A stretch of 63,116 nucleotides of DNA, filler included, from Rhabdomonas costata (lineage: Eukaryota), in assembly GCA_019059605.1 (NCBI GenBank). It is 38 parts of 38 records of this genome, joined end to end, with 100 filler letters (N's around TTAATTAATTAA, not from the genome) between each part and the next. Parts side by side here need not be neighbours in the genome. Positions count along the whole stretch, not along the records: positions 48,259 to 49,821 come from JAHMHO010013004.1; positions 49,922 to 51,484 come from JAHMHO010013005.1; positions 51,585 to 53,146 come from JAHMHO010013006.1; positions 53,247 to 54,808 come from JAHMHO010013007.1; positions 54,909 to 56,468 come from JAHMHO010013008.1; positions 56,569 to 58,130 come from JAHMHO010013009.1; positions 58,231 to 59,792 come from JAHMHO010013010.1; positions 59,893 to 61,454 come from JAHMHO010013011.1; 30 more parts are not named here. One strand, written 5' to 3'. Within the stretch, counting starts at the first letter, position 1; each line of letters begins with the position of its first letter. Positions 48,601 to 61,274 of the stretch are shown one piece after another. The notes beneath the pieces are model-generated. The model was not told where the DNA came from and searched no databases. It saw only the letters and a list, made by a program, of their open reading frames with translations. The translations under genes were made by a program, and so were the position numbers.

Positions 48601-51600
48601 CGAAACTGTTAACAAAAGCACGCAATTACCAAAATGTATGAAATAATGAATCAATAGTTCAGAAATCTGCTTGTGCTTAGCCCTCTAATGAAGTAGATTC
48701 TCCACTGATCAGCTCATGTGTATTGATATGTCATCAACCCAGGCTTCCGACAGCTATAAGATAAAACTACCTTGTTTTGAGAGTAAAAGACCAAGCAACA
48801 CAATTATCCAGAGAACTGAATTCCCTTTCATTACATTTTCTGTGGAAAGGTCAAAATACAAAAAAGACGAATGTATGGTATCCCTACTTGCTTTTGGTCG
48901 AGAGTCAGCAGGCTCAAATCAAAACCCAAATTTGGAACCTCAGGGTGTATAATTTTTAGATGTTGGTGGTTCTGTTATGCTGATCACTAGCCAAACTCTG
49001 CTCGTTTGTACGCTTTATTCTTTTTTCGTTCTTTTACCCAGCTGCGAATGCACGCTGGATGTTTTGTGAAGTCTTTTTGGTTGTTTAATGTGTCAGACAG
49101 GTGATGGTCTGGTGGTAGTAGCCGGTTTTATTCTTTCACCACTACACAGACGAAGGGTTTACGGGGTTGTGACACCTCTACCTTTGTACAGGGTAGGATG
49201 TTGGGCCCTCGCTGGGTTTCCAACATCGCCACGACCACCTGATGATCACCAACAACGTGAATCCAACGGTAGGATACGAGGGTTACAGAGGGTTAGACAG
49301 CCGATGCCTGGCACTCGATGCAGAACCACCAACGTAGGAGGAACGCTGCCAATGGCTGGATGATAACAGCATGACATTACCTTACGCACAGACTAACCCA
49401 CCTTCTACACGTGGTGCTGAAACGCAAGGAACGCCGATGCCACTACCACCACATGACATTGAGGTTGGGAACGGGATGATACACACAGGTTACCACACTG
49501 TACATCGGCAGCATGCCTATGGGTACCAACACCCTACGCCCTACCTCAACACCAGGTACTAACACACACACACACACATAATAGTAATGATAGGGTAACC
49601 ATGTCCCTACGTTCCTACCATGGCATGTACGCTATGGTGTTGTGTCTCTGGATGAATGGGGTCACACCACCTTGGCCAACCTGTGGCTTGATGTCATGAC
49701 TCGCCCCACCCCAACGCGATATCACCTCAGTGTGTGAAGTTGAGCAACCTGTGCCGATCCTCCTCCACCTTAGCTCCATCGTTACCAGTGGCCTTCTACG
49801 TAGTACTGACGCTACATTCGCNNNNNNNNNNNNNNNNNNNNNNNNNNNNNNNNNNNNNNNNNNNNTTAATTAATTAANNNNNNNNNNNNNNNNNNNNNNN
49901 NNNNNNNNNNNNNNNNNNNNNGTATCAAACCGATTTGCGTAGTATGGGCAGTATTCGGGTCGAGAACCGCTTTTTGGAAAGACGATTTCCGGTCATTTAT
50001 GATAAAAGTCCCCGCTCACTTTCGATTCCGCCTTCGAACGCTGTCGAAATTGACGAGCTTACCATCCAGACATGCCCGCGCAATTCATTGTATCCCGCTT
50101 GTAGTGCCCAAAACCTCCACGACGAAAGTGTCCACCCGGCACCCTTCTGAAAGCACAGCTCCAAGGGTTGTCCACGCGAGAAAAGGACCCATTTTCCAAA
50201 GAAGGAGTGTGAAAGCGTGTCACGGCTTAAACCGCGTAGGTTTGACAAGCGCAAAAATAAAAAGGGAGAGGGAGAAAGAAAGTGAAGAGAAGACCTGGGG
50301 GGCTAGCGCAGAAGTTTTCTGATGAGAGACGAGTAGCGTAGGAAGCAGCGCGGGTATGTTTGGGATCAAGTAGCAGGCGGCGGATGAGATCAAGGGGCGT
50401 GGGGCGGCGAAAGCGGAGCATGGCATGGAGCGAGCTTCGCGTGGAGGTTTAGCGCAAGAAGTAGAAGTATTCTGAAAAGTCCTTCCAGCACATAGCCCCC
50501 GAAAGTCATGGAGATGAAACCAAAATGGCGCAGAACGCCACTATTCCAGAACAAACGACGCAACATTGGAAGCGTCAGCTTCCTCCGTAGGAAGGATCAC
50601 TGTCGTCAGATTGTTGCGTCTACAGGGCAATTACCGCACACGCAAACCCGAGTTCCCGGGAAAGGCTTAGGCTGGTCAAAAGCTCCATCGATTCGGCGGA
50701 CACCCCTTAGGCGCTCTCCGCGAAAAAATCCCCCAGGTTGTGGTCAACCTGGGCGATATAAAGGCCAAATCTTTTACAAATAGTTTTGTTCGCTTGAGCG
50801 CAATCTGAAAAAAGGATCGCCGTTGGCGCCAACCGCTTCCCCAGAGGGCAAACGTCATCCGCAGAATTGGGCCCGATCATGCCTTCGTCCCGCTTTAGCC
50901 CCGCATCTGGCTATACAAAAATGATACCTGTTGACCTATCAAATAGGCTTCTAAAGTCTTCTTTTGCATCAGCATCATGACCATGGATGCCCTTCCTCTT
51001 TCGACTAACCTCACATTCATAGGTCTTCACCTCAAAGCCTTTCCCCACAAAAGCCAAAAGGAACTGCGGAAAGCTGAGATCCACAGTTCATCACGCAGAT
51101 CTTATACCGCTGATGAGACAAGCGTATTTTCGGTCCCAACACCCGCGTTGCTATGGTCCCAGAGATAAGCCAAGAGAATATACATCTTCAGTGGAAGGTG
51201 GCAACCTTCCAGAAGACTACAAGACTTGTCTTACACCTTGCGATCTCAGGAACGCTCGGAACATCGCCGGTACCACGCAGAGCAAAGAGGTTGGCCACAG
51301 TGGCCTTTCCAATCATTCACCTGCATATTTGGACAAAAGTTTCTCAAGTGGCACTCATACTCACATAGTTCTTGCAGTTCAAATAAGAAAACATCGCTGA
51401 ACTGGTGAGATCACGAACATTCCATAACCCTAGGCCGGTTGCGTGGTGGACTCCGTCCCCCAGGACAACAACTGCACAACACACNNNNNNNNNNNNNNNN
51501 NNNNNNNNNNNNNNNNNNNNNNNNNNNNTTAATTAATTAANNNNNNNNNNNNNNNNNNNNNNNNNNNNNNNNNNNNNNNNNNNNAATAAATGGCAAAGCT

Positions 51601-53750
51601 GGTGTTGTCCATTGCAAAATTGTTCCAGTGTAGCTTTTGTTAATGGTGTGGGGCTTCTATACGCTCTCCAATATCCCCGTGTCATCTTCGTAGATCTGTT
51701 GTTGGTTCTCAGCAGATTGCTCTGAATAACTGATTTACAGTGACTTAGCGGTAAAAATTAATAAAATAGCTGCAATCTACCATGATAATATTAAAGATGT
51801 GCTTCGTTTAGGCGAAAAGCTAAACGAGCTCTTTTGTATTGTGGGTTTGCGTAAGGACTTAAAACACTAATCGAAGCGCATACTCTCTTTTTTGTTATTG
51901 TCAAAATTAGGAAGTTGATCAAAATGTGGTCTTCGATTTTTTACCGAAAACCGCGAAATAGCAACCGATATAATGTAAAACATACGTGAATGTTTCTGAT
52001 TGAGTGGAAACAACGTGGATGTAAAAGCACACTAGGACATTGCAGGAACATGAATAAAGTATTGGAGTTATTGGTATACCACACGACTTTAAATTAGCTG
52101 AGGTCTTACATGTTGGCTACAACGCCGTGTGGTGAAATACATCCAAGGTTTCATCAATATCTTGAGTAAACACCACTCGCTGTTTGCCACAGAGGCGTTT
52201 CCGGCGTGAAATAAAACATATCAAACACGTCTGTTTGTTAAATCAGACAACGAATTCTAACCACATGTAAGTTGCGTGTGGACTCAGCCCACACGCCACA
52301 GACCCCTGCACGTGCATGGCGCCATAAACCACTTTAAACTTCACTATTGTACTATGTCCCGTCTAAAAATAGTTGTGCCATACATATACATTGCGTATGT
52401 ATACAGCATATGTTTGCGCATTGTTATATACCAACAATATTTTGCTGTAATTTTTCTATGCTCACGTTTGACATTGTAGAGGATATACTTTAGAGCCATT
52501 GCAGCCGCCACTCAACTAATGCCCACGCATACCAGCACGGACATCTTTTGAAATACGTTGGCTCCATTATGGACGCGTATTTCCATTTTCTCATCTACAA
52601 ATAAATAATGTACTACATTTCGTATGTTGGTGTGGTATAAACCTTCTTGACCAGCCTCAAAGTCCTTCTTTACCGCTGCAAATCCAGAAGCGTAGTGGCC
52701 AACTCCAGCTGAATATTTTTGCCTGGATTTGAGCCATTTGACATGCACAGCAAAGAGACTTTGCACCACTTCAAAAGCCTTTTTCCACATGACCTTTCTT
52801 TGATCAATTCCGTCCATAATTATCCATTAACCACCGCGTCCTGTTTCGTTCCGCCAATTCCGTTAAAGTTACAGTATACATGAGAACGTTTTATATAACA
52901 ATAGTGTTAAAAAGTGGAGGTATGTCAAAATTACTTAACAATGAATTGTTCCAGCGGTGCTGGTGCATAGCGGGTACGCAGCAAACGCCCAATGTCCATA
53001 CAAATCGACGTGACTTCTTGTAGCAAAATGACGTATTTTTGACAAAAACTGTCATAAAAGAAGTTTCTTTTTGTGCAAAACAGTGATCTAGTGGTGTTCT
53101 GCGATGATGGTTGACTGCGTTAGAACTAGTGCAGAAACAACCTAAANNNNNNNNNNNNNNNNNNNNNNNNNNNNNNNNNNNNNNNNNNNNTTAATTAATT
53201 AANNNNNNNNNNNNNNNNNNNNNNNNNNNNNNNNNNNNNNNNNNNNGTTGGGGGGTCTGCATCTGAACTGTGGTTTGACTAGGTTGGTGGTTTTTGTTTC
53301 AAAGTTTTTGGTTCAAAGTGCCTTCGATTTAATTTCACTTGATTTGGCAGTGATTTCATGTTGTCTCACGGTCTTCCGGGGTGAATCAAATGTTACAACA
53401 TACGGTTTCGCCAATCTTAGAGGAGTGAGTCACTTCCTGGCGGACGCCAGAGCGCCCCAGTAGTTCCCAACATCTTCTTGCCGACTTTTGATTGTCCAAA
53501 AGGCCAAGTTGCACCATTAGTAAGCATGGCAGCGCTTGCCGTCATTTCAATCTCGTGGTCCTAAACCCAAGTGAACCAAACCGTATCATAAATGCATCAT
53601 AAATGCTCGAAGCAGCGACATTAGTTGACATCCCGTGACAGGCGCGTGAATAGGTCCAAGGGTTCTCAACATAACTATCCCTTCGGGGGAGGGCGCACAG
53701 ATAAAAATCAGATACGTCCTAGTAAAAAAGGCGACGACAAAGAATTGTAC

Positions 53751-53970
53751 CTCGCCTTCCGCAGGCACATGCAGGCGGCTTGAAAGCTGCAGCTGACCCC
53801 TCAGCAAGTCCCTCCACTTGGACCTAATTTGGAAATCAAGGGAGGTGCACACCCGAAAAATTGCACGGCAGGTCTTTTCCGCTCGGAAAACCTCCCCCGG
53901 AGAAAGGTAGGACAGCACAAGCCCCAGGGCATCGTCCGAGAGTGCAAGTGACTCAGAGAGCCAGTGGGAG
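53751..53970 (-). CDS. F-box domain exon
   Basis: AG/GT-bounded exon containing LSDDALGLVLSYLSPGEVFRAEKTCRAIFRVC, which fits the F-box pattern LxD+xLxxILxYL...+.....xCR. Confidence 0.7.
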
Positions 53971-54548
53971 CTGCGGATAGAGATAGAAACACTGAGAAGG
54001 AAAGTAGAGAAGGAAAAATAAAAGGAATAAAAATACTAATGCTAACACACTGCCTTGCACCCGGCGCAGGGTCGGGTGAACTGAAATAATGGCCTGCTGA
54101 AATCCTCCGGCGTACACCGTAACGCAACAAACCGTGTATTGCTTTCAGGCTGGGTCGTAGTTTCGTTTCCTTTTCTTTTCAGAGGGCTCGTAATGGATCA
54201 CTCCGCCCCCCCCCCCCCTCTCACAGACAGAAAAATGGTGCAACAAAGTTGGGGGGGAGGATAACGGTCACAACTGATAACAATCTTTTGGGAGCACATT
54301 TTGAAAACGTGGCTAAGACCCCACAGGTCGCGTTCCCGTCCCTGCCGCCCGCTCAGCCCGCCTCAGCAGCCATCTAGGTGGCAGTGGCAAAGTTAGCTTG
54401 ACCCCTCTACACAAAAGAAAGCCATTTCTGGCATCATTTATCCGACCGTTTTTTTTTACTGTAAGTCAATTTAGCAAAGTTTTCAAAGCAGTGGTGAACG
54501 CTAAACGCCCCCCCTCCCCAAATACCATTGTCCTGTGCGTGCTCGGAC

Positions 54549-54807
54549 CTTTCTCACGGATGAACAGCTCCTGCTGGTCAATCCGGACCCTCTTCAGCCC
54601 CTTCCCACCCGCCAGCACGGCGATGTACTCCCCCTTTGTGAGGTCCACGCTCTGCACCACCGCGGAGCTCCACGACCTCCGGTCCGACCGCAGAAGCTCC
54701 ACCTGGTCCCCCACCCGCCACCGGGGCTGCCGCCTGGGTCGTGGGGGGAAGCTGGCCTCTCCCTGCAGCTGCCGGTGTCGATGGTGGTGGGCGAGGTGAG
54801 CCCCACA
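54549..54807 (-). CDS. Tudor/Agenet/SH3-like barrel exon, 5'-truncated
   Basis: WRVGDQVELLRSDRRSWSSAVVQSVDLTKGEYIAVLAGGKGLKRV, GC-rich and codon-like. Confidence 0.55.
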
Positions 54808-55410
54808 ANNNNNNNNNNNNNNNNNNNNNNNNNNNNNNNNNNNNNNNNNNNNTTAATTAATTAANNNNNNNNNNNNNNNNNNNNNNNNNNNNNNNNNNNN
54901 NNNNNNNNTGTGTTAGGTGAGTTTGGTGTTTGTTTTTTGTGGGGCGGCCTCTCCTGGAGGGGGGAAAGCCACTCGCCATTTCAAAGGGAGTTTGATTCTC
55001 TTGATTTCAACCGCATCTTCTGATGTGCTGTTTCAGCATCTGCATGCGGCATGTCTTTTTTGGCTGCCCACATTGTTTTGGTTCTTTCATTGGTTTGGTT
55101 TTTGGTTTTTTTGTCATGTGTTTTACTTATGCTATAGTGTCAGAATCTGTATTGTACGTTCCTTGCGCTCTGTTATCGCACATCTTCCGTGCCGTTCGTA
55201 AGTTTCCCTCTTCCTTCATTCTCCAATCGAGCTTTGGGTCAACATGATAACCGAGTAACGTGATGGTACCTTTCCTCTGGGCCGAGGGTTATAGTTCATT
55301 CTGGGCATCTGCCTGAGAAATATGTCCTCCTTATCCCTTCTTTGGTTTCGAAGTGTCACCGCTGTGGCTTCATCGGCAGTGACACGAAGGCATCTCGGCT
55401 TTCTTCGTAG

Positions 55411-55632
55411 GCCCTTCTCGGTGCCCTTCCCACGCCCTTCGTGGGCACGGAATGGCGGCTGCGCTCAGCTACATCGATGCTGTGCAAGCTGGCCGCGCAC
55501 TCCCTGCAGGCCCGCCAGCTCAGCACTCCACCATGGCGGCGGGCCCGCTTCCTTAGGCTGTGCTACAGCCGAGGCCTGCGGGTGGAGTGCAGCGAGTGCG
55601 AGGACATCCCTTCCGCCATCGCTGTGGACAAG
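55411..55632 (+). CDS. Probable exon of an unknown protein
   Basis: Acceptor ttcttcgtag, then a GC-rich open frame ALLGALPTPFVGTEWRL...ECSECEDIPSAIAVDK. The donor is uncertain (AAG|GCAGAC). Confidence 0.4.
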
Positions 55633-58600
55633 GCAGACCTCCCTTCGGCTTTTCTCCCACCAATTTTTCTACATATTTCTATTATGCTCTCATGGCCACC
55701 CAGATGTGGTCACTGTGATGACTGCGTATCACAGCTATCGTAGCCCTCCCAGCACTGTCTTTCCGCCTCGAAGAATTAGACTTTCTGGATCACTGAAGGC
55801 GTGGGGGAACGAGGACAGCGCTGCGGAGTTTCGAGTTCCGAGTTCCCAGAATTCCCACCACCGCAGGGCACGAGGGATACAATGATTGCTGTGCGTGATG
55901 AGTGCGGTGGTAATAGTAAGCAGTGGAAATAATGAGAAGTTAGCCCTTAGCAGCGCCGCCCTCTCGACGCCTTCCGAAACCGCGATCCTCTCGCGAAGGG
56001 GTCTCTCCAATTGCTCTTTCCCCCTTGTATCCACTGTTTGCAGTTTTCCACGTTCCCTGACCTCTGGCCCATGTGTTTTGGAAAAACAAGGGGTATTTCT
56101 TACAAAACAGAAAGGCTGAAGGAATGACTGAGACAGAGCAAAATGGAAGACCACCCTTTACCATCCCTCTACACAAATGGGCCAACCCCTAACGTAGGTA
56201 CCATGTATTCTGAATTTAATGGTCACTTCTAAAGGGAGCACCCGGTGTCATGCGTAAAACAACGGTGTATCCCTGAAACCAACAACCATGCGGCATATAA
56301 ACGAGTTTACCCCCACCTTAGATTATTCTCGCGCTCCTGTTTGTAATTGTCTGTTTGGTGTGCCTTAGAGCGCCGTGGATTCCGTGGTCTCGGCCTTCCT
56401 CCTTCGCCGCTGCGCGGTGCTGCGGCAGCTGGGGCTTGTTCCCCCCCCCCCAGGACGGCCCCACACACNNNNNNNNNNNNNNNNNNNNNNNNNNNNNNNN
56501 NNNNNNNNNNNNTTAATTAATTAANNNNNNNNNNNNNNNNNNNNNNNNNNNNNNNNNNNNNNNNNNNNTGTGTGTTGGAATGAGAGAGAAAGCTTCCCCG
56601 TGCTCTCAAGAAATGAAGGATGGAAAGTAGGGGAAGTTTTTTTTTGGGGGGGGGAGTGAATTCCAAGTGCAAAACTAAACTAAGGGCTCGCCATGCGAAG
56701 ACCACAACGAAGAGAAAAGGAAAACTGCAGAAAAAGAGATGCAGTGAGCGAGACGAATAGTGAAAAGCTCCAAAGCTCCGACATCAAACCATCAAATTGT
56801 TTGGTTTGATCAGCGCTTCTGTAAACCTTCAGTGGCGTGCGAGTAAATCAGGATCGTGTGCACCCTTTCTGAGACATTCGCCGTACCAGTGGAGGATAAG
56901 CACCACCTTCAAAATGAGGTTTCTCCAATAACGTCAAGTTTCGATGAGAGATTAGTTCTTCAAGGAGTGAGCAACAATGGAACGTGCACGTGCAGTTTAA
57001 AGTTTGAAGGTCCAATTGGAAATCATAAAATTGAACTGGAAATACAATGGCGGAATAAGGGACGCCGCAAGCTTTACTTACTCAATAATCAATCCAGTCG
57101 CTGTTTGCTGCATTTTTTCGGGCCGAATTACATTAGCCATAAAGTTTGGGACACCCGCCCGGTATATGCAGCACTGGCTACCAAGGCCCACCAAGGCAAA
57201 CTCACCCACGACAGAAGAGGCTGCCCACTGCTTTCACACAAGCCTATGCAGCAGCGTGCGGTTCCCTGAGAGGCTAAAGAATCGCATAGAAACACGTAAA
57301 GGCAAAAGAAAGAGAGCGAGAATCGACGGGAGAGCTGAGAGGAAGGGATGGTGGCCATGAGAATGGCGGCGGCGGCGGCGACTGTCATGGTCCCAGAGGA
57401 GCCACACGAGCTTCCGAACAAATGACGCAACGTTATCCGCATCTAATTTTGGGGAAAGAAGAACCCAAAAGTACGGGCTCCGAAACATCACGTTCAGCCG
57501 ACAAATGACGGTTAGCCATCTCTGTTTTTCCACGGGAAGATTGCACGGTTAGGAATAATCCAGTCGCTGTTAGGTGTGATGGATGCGCGTATGGATCCCT
57601 GCGAGAAGCGTCCCAAGAGATGAATAGTTCCTATGATGTGCGTGGCACAGCTCCGTTTGAAGGCCGCTGAAGTGCTTCCTCGAGGATCATGGTACCAGTC
57701 GATGTCACGCGGAACGTCAATGGGAAAAGATGGGCGGAGGAAGTAGGGAGCCCGAGAAAAAGAGGAGGCACGCCAAGAGAAACAGGACTGCCAACGCATC
57801 TCTATCCCTTATCATCTCTCCCCACTCCCACCAACCCTTCCTCCTCCACTGATCACTGACCACTGACCCCGTTACTGCTTCCCGTTGGGCAGGTAATCAG
57901 GCTCACCAAGGATGTCATACTCCTGCAGCATGAGAGTGCCGGGAAGACATGACATGGAAATGACATGACATGGAAATATACGCTGCTGCATACATCAGCC
58001 TTGGAGACGTGGGGCCAGAGAGCGGCGGCCATACGCACAGATCCGCGAACACGGAGCAGAGTAGAGAAGAAAGCATGCCAAATGGCCATCCCGGGGTCGG
58101 CGTTCTTTGCTACAACACACCATTAACCAANNNNNNNNNNNNNNNNNNNNNNNNNNNNNNNNNNNNNNNNNNNNTTAATTAATTAANNNNNNNNNNNNNN
58201 NNNNNNNNNNNNNNNNNNNNNNNNNNNNNNCTGAAAGGGATGAAAGGACTTTAATGCGAGCGCCGCGCCTCCGCTGCAAAACTCCATCTCATTTCTCTAT
58301 TTTCACCTGAACGCCTAACAGTCAACCATGGGCTTCGCTAATCTGCAGACACACACCACAGTTTTGAGACCGGCAGCGGCATAAAAATAGGGTAAAATTC
58401 TTTCGTTCGAAATGTTACAGACTAATTTCTGAGTTTCCGGTTGAGTTAGCCTAACATTTTACCAGGAGTTACCAGGTTACCAGGAGTTTTCCACAAGAGA
58501 GGCAGGTTTGGATTATTCTAGATCGTTCAAAATCGCGCATTTTGAGTTGATAAAAAATAAAAGTTCCCATCGCGATGTAAAGCGCGGAAAGCCATCAGAC

Positions 58601-58664
58601 ACGGACATTGGAACTGACAGTGAAATAATAGGAATTGCGAGGTCGCGCACCACCGATGCACACG

Positions 58665-59774
58665 TCACAGAAGGAAAGATGAAGCAGCCAGCGCTCGGTC
58701 TCCTGCGTCACCAAAGGGGTTGCCATGCACAAACAAGACTCTCAGCTTGGAAAAAAAGCCGCACGCCGCCAGTCCTTCGATTCCCACATCTCCGATCTCA
58801 TTGCCAATGACGTCCAACCGCGTGAGATTCGGGAAAAAGGAGGAGGCTGCAAGGGCAAGCAGCCCGGAATCCCCGATCTGGTTATAACCCAAATACAGGG
58901 ATGTCAAGTTGGACAGCGTTGACGAACACGCAAGCGCTTCAATTCCCTCATCTCCAATTTTATTAACAGCCACATGCAATGAGGTCAGCTTGGGGAAGAA
59001 AGAGGAAGCAGTAAACGCTTGCATTCCTGGGGTTGCAATCTCATTGGAGCCGAGACAGAGGGATGTGAGGTGGGGAAAGAACGAGGAAGTCGCCAGGGCT
59101 TGAATTCCCGCATCTCCTATCTGGTTTTCCTCCAAGCCCAACAGCTGAAGGCACGGAAAGAAGTAAGAATCCGCAAACGCCTGGACTCCTGAAGCGCCGA
59201 TCTCGTTGTACCCCAGAAACAGGTGTGTCAGCTTCGCAAAATAAAGGGAAGCCGCAAGAGCCTGCATTCCTTCATCCCCAACTTCGCAGTTACGCACGTT
59301 CAGGGAAGTGAGATTTGGAAAGGCCCAGGAGTCTGCGAGGGCGCGCATTCCCGGAGCCCCGATCTGGTTGCCTCGCAAACTCAGGGACCTGAGACTCGGG
59401 AAGCAAGAGGATGCCGCAAGCCCTTGCATTCCCAATGCACCAAAGCCGTTGCCCGCCAGGTCCAAGGACGTGAGTCCGGTGAAGAGAGGAGAAATCACCT
59501 TGTCCAAAACTCCTCCATCCCTGAGGTTAAGGTGCTCCAGACACAACGACCGGAGATTGGGAAAGGGAGGAGCACCAGGCCGTGCAGAAAGCTCTGCAGC
59601 ACCGCTCCGGAGCAAAAGCTCCAGCACCTCTCTTCGTTTGATGGAAATCTCCGCAGCACAGCAACCAAGCCGCAAGCTCGCCGGCGCGGATATCCTTAGC
59701 AAGGAGTCCTCGAGGGTCTCTGGGCAGCGGAGGTCAATCGTCCACTCCGGGACGAGAAACTCATCAACCAACAC
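58665..59774 (-). CDS. Leucine-rich repeat protein (RNI-like, 28-aa repeats), 5'-truncated, no intron in the visible part
   Basis: About 10 repeats of FPxLTSLxLxxNxIGxxGxQALAxSxF over 369 codons, ending in a stop. Confidence 0.95.
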   Translation of the reverse strand: MLVDEFLVPEWTIDLRCPETLEDSLLRISAPASLRLGCCAAEISIKRREVLELLLRSGAAELSARPGAPPFPNLRSLCLEHLNLRDGGVLDKVISPLFTGLTSLDLAGNGFGALGMQGLAASSCFPSLRSLSLRGNQIGAPGMRALADSWAFPNLTSLNVRNCEVGDEGMQALAASLYFAKLTHLFLGYNEIGASGVQAFADSYFFPCLQLLGLEENQIGDAGIQALATSSFFPHLTSLCLGSNEIATPGMQAFTASSFFPKLTSLHVAVNKIGDEGIEALACSSTLSNLTSLYLGYNQIGDSGLLALAASSFFPNLTRLDVIGNEIGDVGIEGLAACGFFSKLRVLFVHGNPFGDAGDRALAASSFLL

Positions 59775-60484
59775 CCAACCCCACCCAACACTNNNNNNNN
59801 NNNNNNNNNNNNNNNNNNNNNNNNNNNNNNNNNNNNTTAATTAATTAANNNNNNNNNNNNNNNNNNNNNNNNNNNNNNNNNNNNNNNNNNNNGGTTTTGG
59901 GTTCATAGCGCGCTGTTGCCTGTTGATGACCGCTATCTACCCAAAGGGCGCACGCGCTGTTGGCCACATGTGCTCGTGAGAGGTAGTCGGCGCGAGTCGG
60001 GCCGTTGGATACCACCTCACCGCCGTGCGTTCCACACGCGGTAACCTCGTTACTGAGCCATGGTCGTGCATCTAACTGTTTCCAATGATATCCGCGCTCA
60101 TCCATTACTGAGGTCTCTCAGGTTTCGTCCTCCTTCTCTGGGAACCTTCTCTTCTTGAAGCGCACCTTTTGGCTTTTCCTTCAAATGTGTGCACGGGCAG
60201 CAACGATGCCTGCAGGCGATGCCGAGCTAGGACATACCTCTGTGTTGCGCCACTGTCTGTCTTTGCCCTCTTCCGCTGACCCCTCTGCCTGGGCTGTCTA
60301 AGTGAGTCTTCGAGCAGGTGCGCCTGCGCTTCACGTTGGCCAAGGGTGATAAAACGATTACGATTTCTTGCGGCGCGCGATGGTGATTGCACCTGGGGTG
60401 ATTGGTTCGATCTCACCTGCTGCGAAAGTGCTGATGCGGTTTCACGGGGGGGGGGGGGGGGGGAAGGCGCAGGCGGTGCCATAC

Positions 60485-61274
60485 CCCGTGCTCGACGCCG
60501 AGCTTGATCGCGCGCTGCAGGCTGTCGCTAGAGTTGTTGTTGTCTGTCATCGCCCAGTCGTACACCCCCATCACACCCCCGGGCTTCAGCACGCGGAACA
60601 TCTCCGAGTACACCCCAGCCTGAGGATGAGCGAAACAACGCCACGCCCAAGGGAACAAACGAGGGTCACGATGAAGGGGCAAAGGAAGAATGGGAGGGAA
60701 AGAGCAGCGAGGGAGGTACCAAACAGTTTGAGAAAACAGTCGCAACGAGGAAAAGACAACCGAAAACCTTGCTCTTTCCCACTGGGCGTTCATTCATCGC
60801 TGGAAAAGCACCGAAACAAAAGGGAACTTCGGAACTGGGGCCAAAAACAACGCTGGGCTAGTCTCGAGCGAAGTGGGGACTACTCGGGGCGGGGGTCCCT
60901 ATTCCACCTTGTCCGGGGCGTGGCAAGTGGCTTCAATGGCGTAGACCGCGTCGAAGTGGTTATCGGGAAAGGGCATCTTCATGAAGTCCCTGAGAGGAAA
61001 AAGATACAGCTTGCAGTGGCGCACCTGACCCATTCTACCCACTACCCTCATCACACCTAAGACAAATTCACCATGGTAACTATACATTAACTATTAATAT
61101 ACAGCAGATGTGGGTGCTGGGAGTGAAAAGGGAAGCGTACCCCTTCTGGAAGTCGCAGAACTTCTGCAGGTTCTCCCTTTCCACGGCGACCCGCCCGCGC
61201 TTGATCTGATATTTGTTGTTGTTCAGCCCCGTAACATGGGCGCCGGTGAAACGGGCGATGGCACGCATGGGACC
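60485..61274 (-). CDS. SMT1: Sterol 24-C-methyltransferase (SMT/ERG6 family), internal exons
   Basis: Exons 61274-61141 (GPMRAIARFTGAHVTGLNNNKYQI), 60989-60908 (DFMKMPFPDNHFDAVYAIEATCHAPDK) and 60619-60485 (GVYSEMFRVLKPGG...YDW). GT-AG introns with compatible phases. IEATCHAP is the SMT signature. Confidence 0.95.

Noticed and set aside
55630-55640. GC donor or euglenid non-conventional intron
   Set aside because: The protein is unidentified and no partner acceptor was found, so the boundary cannot be fixed. All well-supported introns in the window are GT-AG.
58421-58440. Spliced-leader-like ACTAATTTCTGAGT
   Set aside because: Only a short match to the euglenid SL as I recall it, with no following donor or SL RNA structure.
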